Assembly: GCA_016204605.1 (NCBI GenBank)
Contig: JACQKK010000010.1
Location: forward strand, 7,636 to 71,635
Origin: Candidatus Lambdaproteobacteria bacterium
Lineage (GTDB): Bacteria > SAR324 > JACQKK01
DNA: 64,000 nucleotides
Direction of reading: 5' to 3'
The first letter of the stretch is position 1. Every line of letters starts with the position of its first letter. The notes beneath the pieces were generated by a model, which had not been told where the DNA came from, did no database searches, and saw only the letters and a program-made list of their open reading frames with translations. Shown piece after piece: positions 63,656 to 64,000 of this stretch. The position numbers and the translations under genes were made by a program.

Positions 63656-64000
63656 TGGCGCCGTTCCTTCCGCGCGCGTGTCCCGCCAAGGAGGCCACGC
63701 AGCGCCTCGCGGCCGCGGTGCAGCCGGGACATGACGGTGCCCGCCGGGATATTCAGGATATCCGCGACTTCGCGGTAGCTCATCTGCTCCATGGCCACGA
63801 GGATCACGACCTGGCGCTGCTCCTCGGGCAGCCGGTCGAGCGCCGCCTGCACGGCCTCCAGCTCCAGGGCATCGTGCTGGGTGGGTCGCACGGGCGTGAC
63901 GGCCCCGGAGTGCTCGTAGGAGGTGAAGGCCGGGCCGGTATGATAGCGGCGCGCGGCGTTGGCGTGCAGGTTGTGCATGATGGTGAACAGCCACGCCCGC
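63652..64000 (-). CDS. RNA polymerase ECF-type sigma factor (3' part; start beyond window end)
   Basis: The visible C-terminus, ...LPEEQRQVVILVAMEQMSYREVADILNIPAGTVMSRLHRGREALRGLL, is sigma-70 region 4. Confidence 0.75.
   Translation of the reverse strand, partial: RAWLFTIMHNLHANAARRYHTGPAFTSYEHSGAVTPVRPTQHDALELEAVQAALDRLPEEQRQVVILVAMEQMSYREVADILNIPAGTVMSRLHRGREALRGLLGGTRARKERRQ

Noticed and set aside
1-64000. tRNA, rRNA, prophage, integron or restriction-modification/defence island content
   Set aside because: No tRNA-like T-arm or anticodon-stem signatures, rRNA, integrase, phage structural genes or nuclease/methyltransferase genes were seen. The only mobile DNA is the small IS relic at 59184-59627.

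Overview
This is a very GC-rich bacterial chromosomal segment of densely packed housekeeping and metabolic genes. High GC follows from G/C dominating third codon positions and from the many arginine/glycine/proline-rich spurious antisense ORFs. Envelope genes point to a Gram-negative (diderm) cell: an LPS heptosyltransferase, lgt, PBP1A and rlpA.

Recognisable genes include hemB, two tandem enoyl-CoA hydratase paralogs, an acyl-CoA carboxylase carboxyltransferase, an aorABCD-like tungsten aldehyde oxidoreductase cluster (4Fe-4S subunit, AOR, FAD subunit, MoaD-like protein) and a HEPN/MNT toxin-antitoxin pair. The window also holds an aldo/keto reductase followed by two amidase-signature enzymes that come with GatC-like partners: one free-standing and one fused to the second amidase. 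The remaining recognisable genes are msrA, dinB, mrcA, PduO-type adenosyltransferase, lgt, zapA followed by a probable 6S RNA, trmFO, an orphan NtrB-like kinase, nnr, rplM-rpsI, a CoA-transferase, a polyprenyl sugar-phosphate transferase, a cytoplasmic sulfatase, an isolated fliG, and an ECF sigma/anti-sigma/pentapeptide-repeat operon.

There are two intergenic repeat families. One is a set of GC-rich hairpin (REP-like) elements, the other a 'gaaatgaca...ttgtcac' element. There is also a decayed ISAs1-family IS bounded by perfect 16-bp terminal inverted repeats.

I found no CRISPR array, tRNA, rRNA or prophage. I also found no clear multi-gene novel defence island. The items most worth follow-up are the amidase/GatC-like module with its fusion snapshot, the orphan fliG, the tungsten AOR cluster with its long leader, the 6S RNA call, and the composite repeats and IS relic. 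All coordinates come from hand indexing and ORF-length arithmetic, so they may be off by a few nucleotides.
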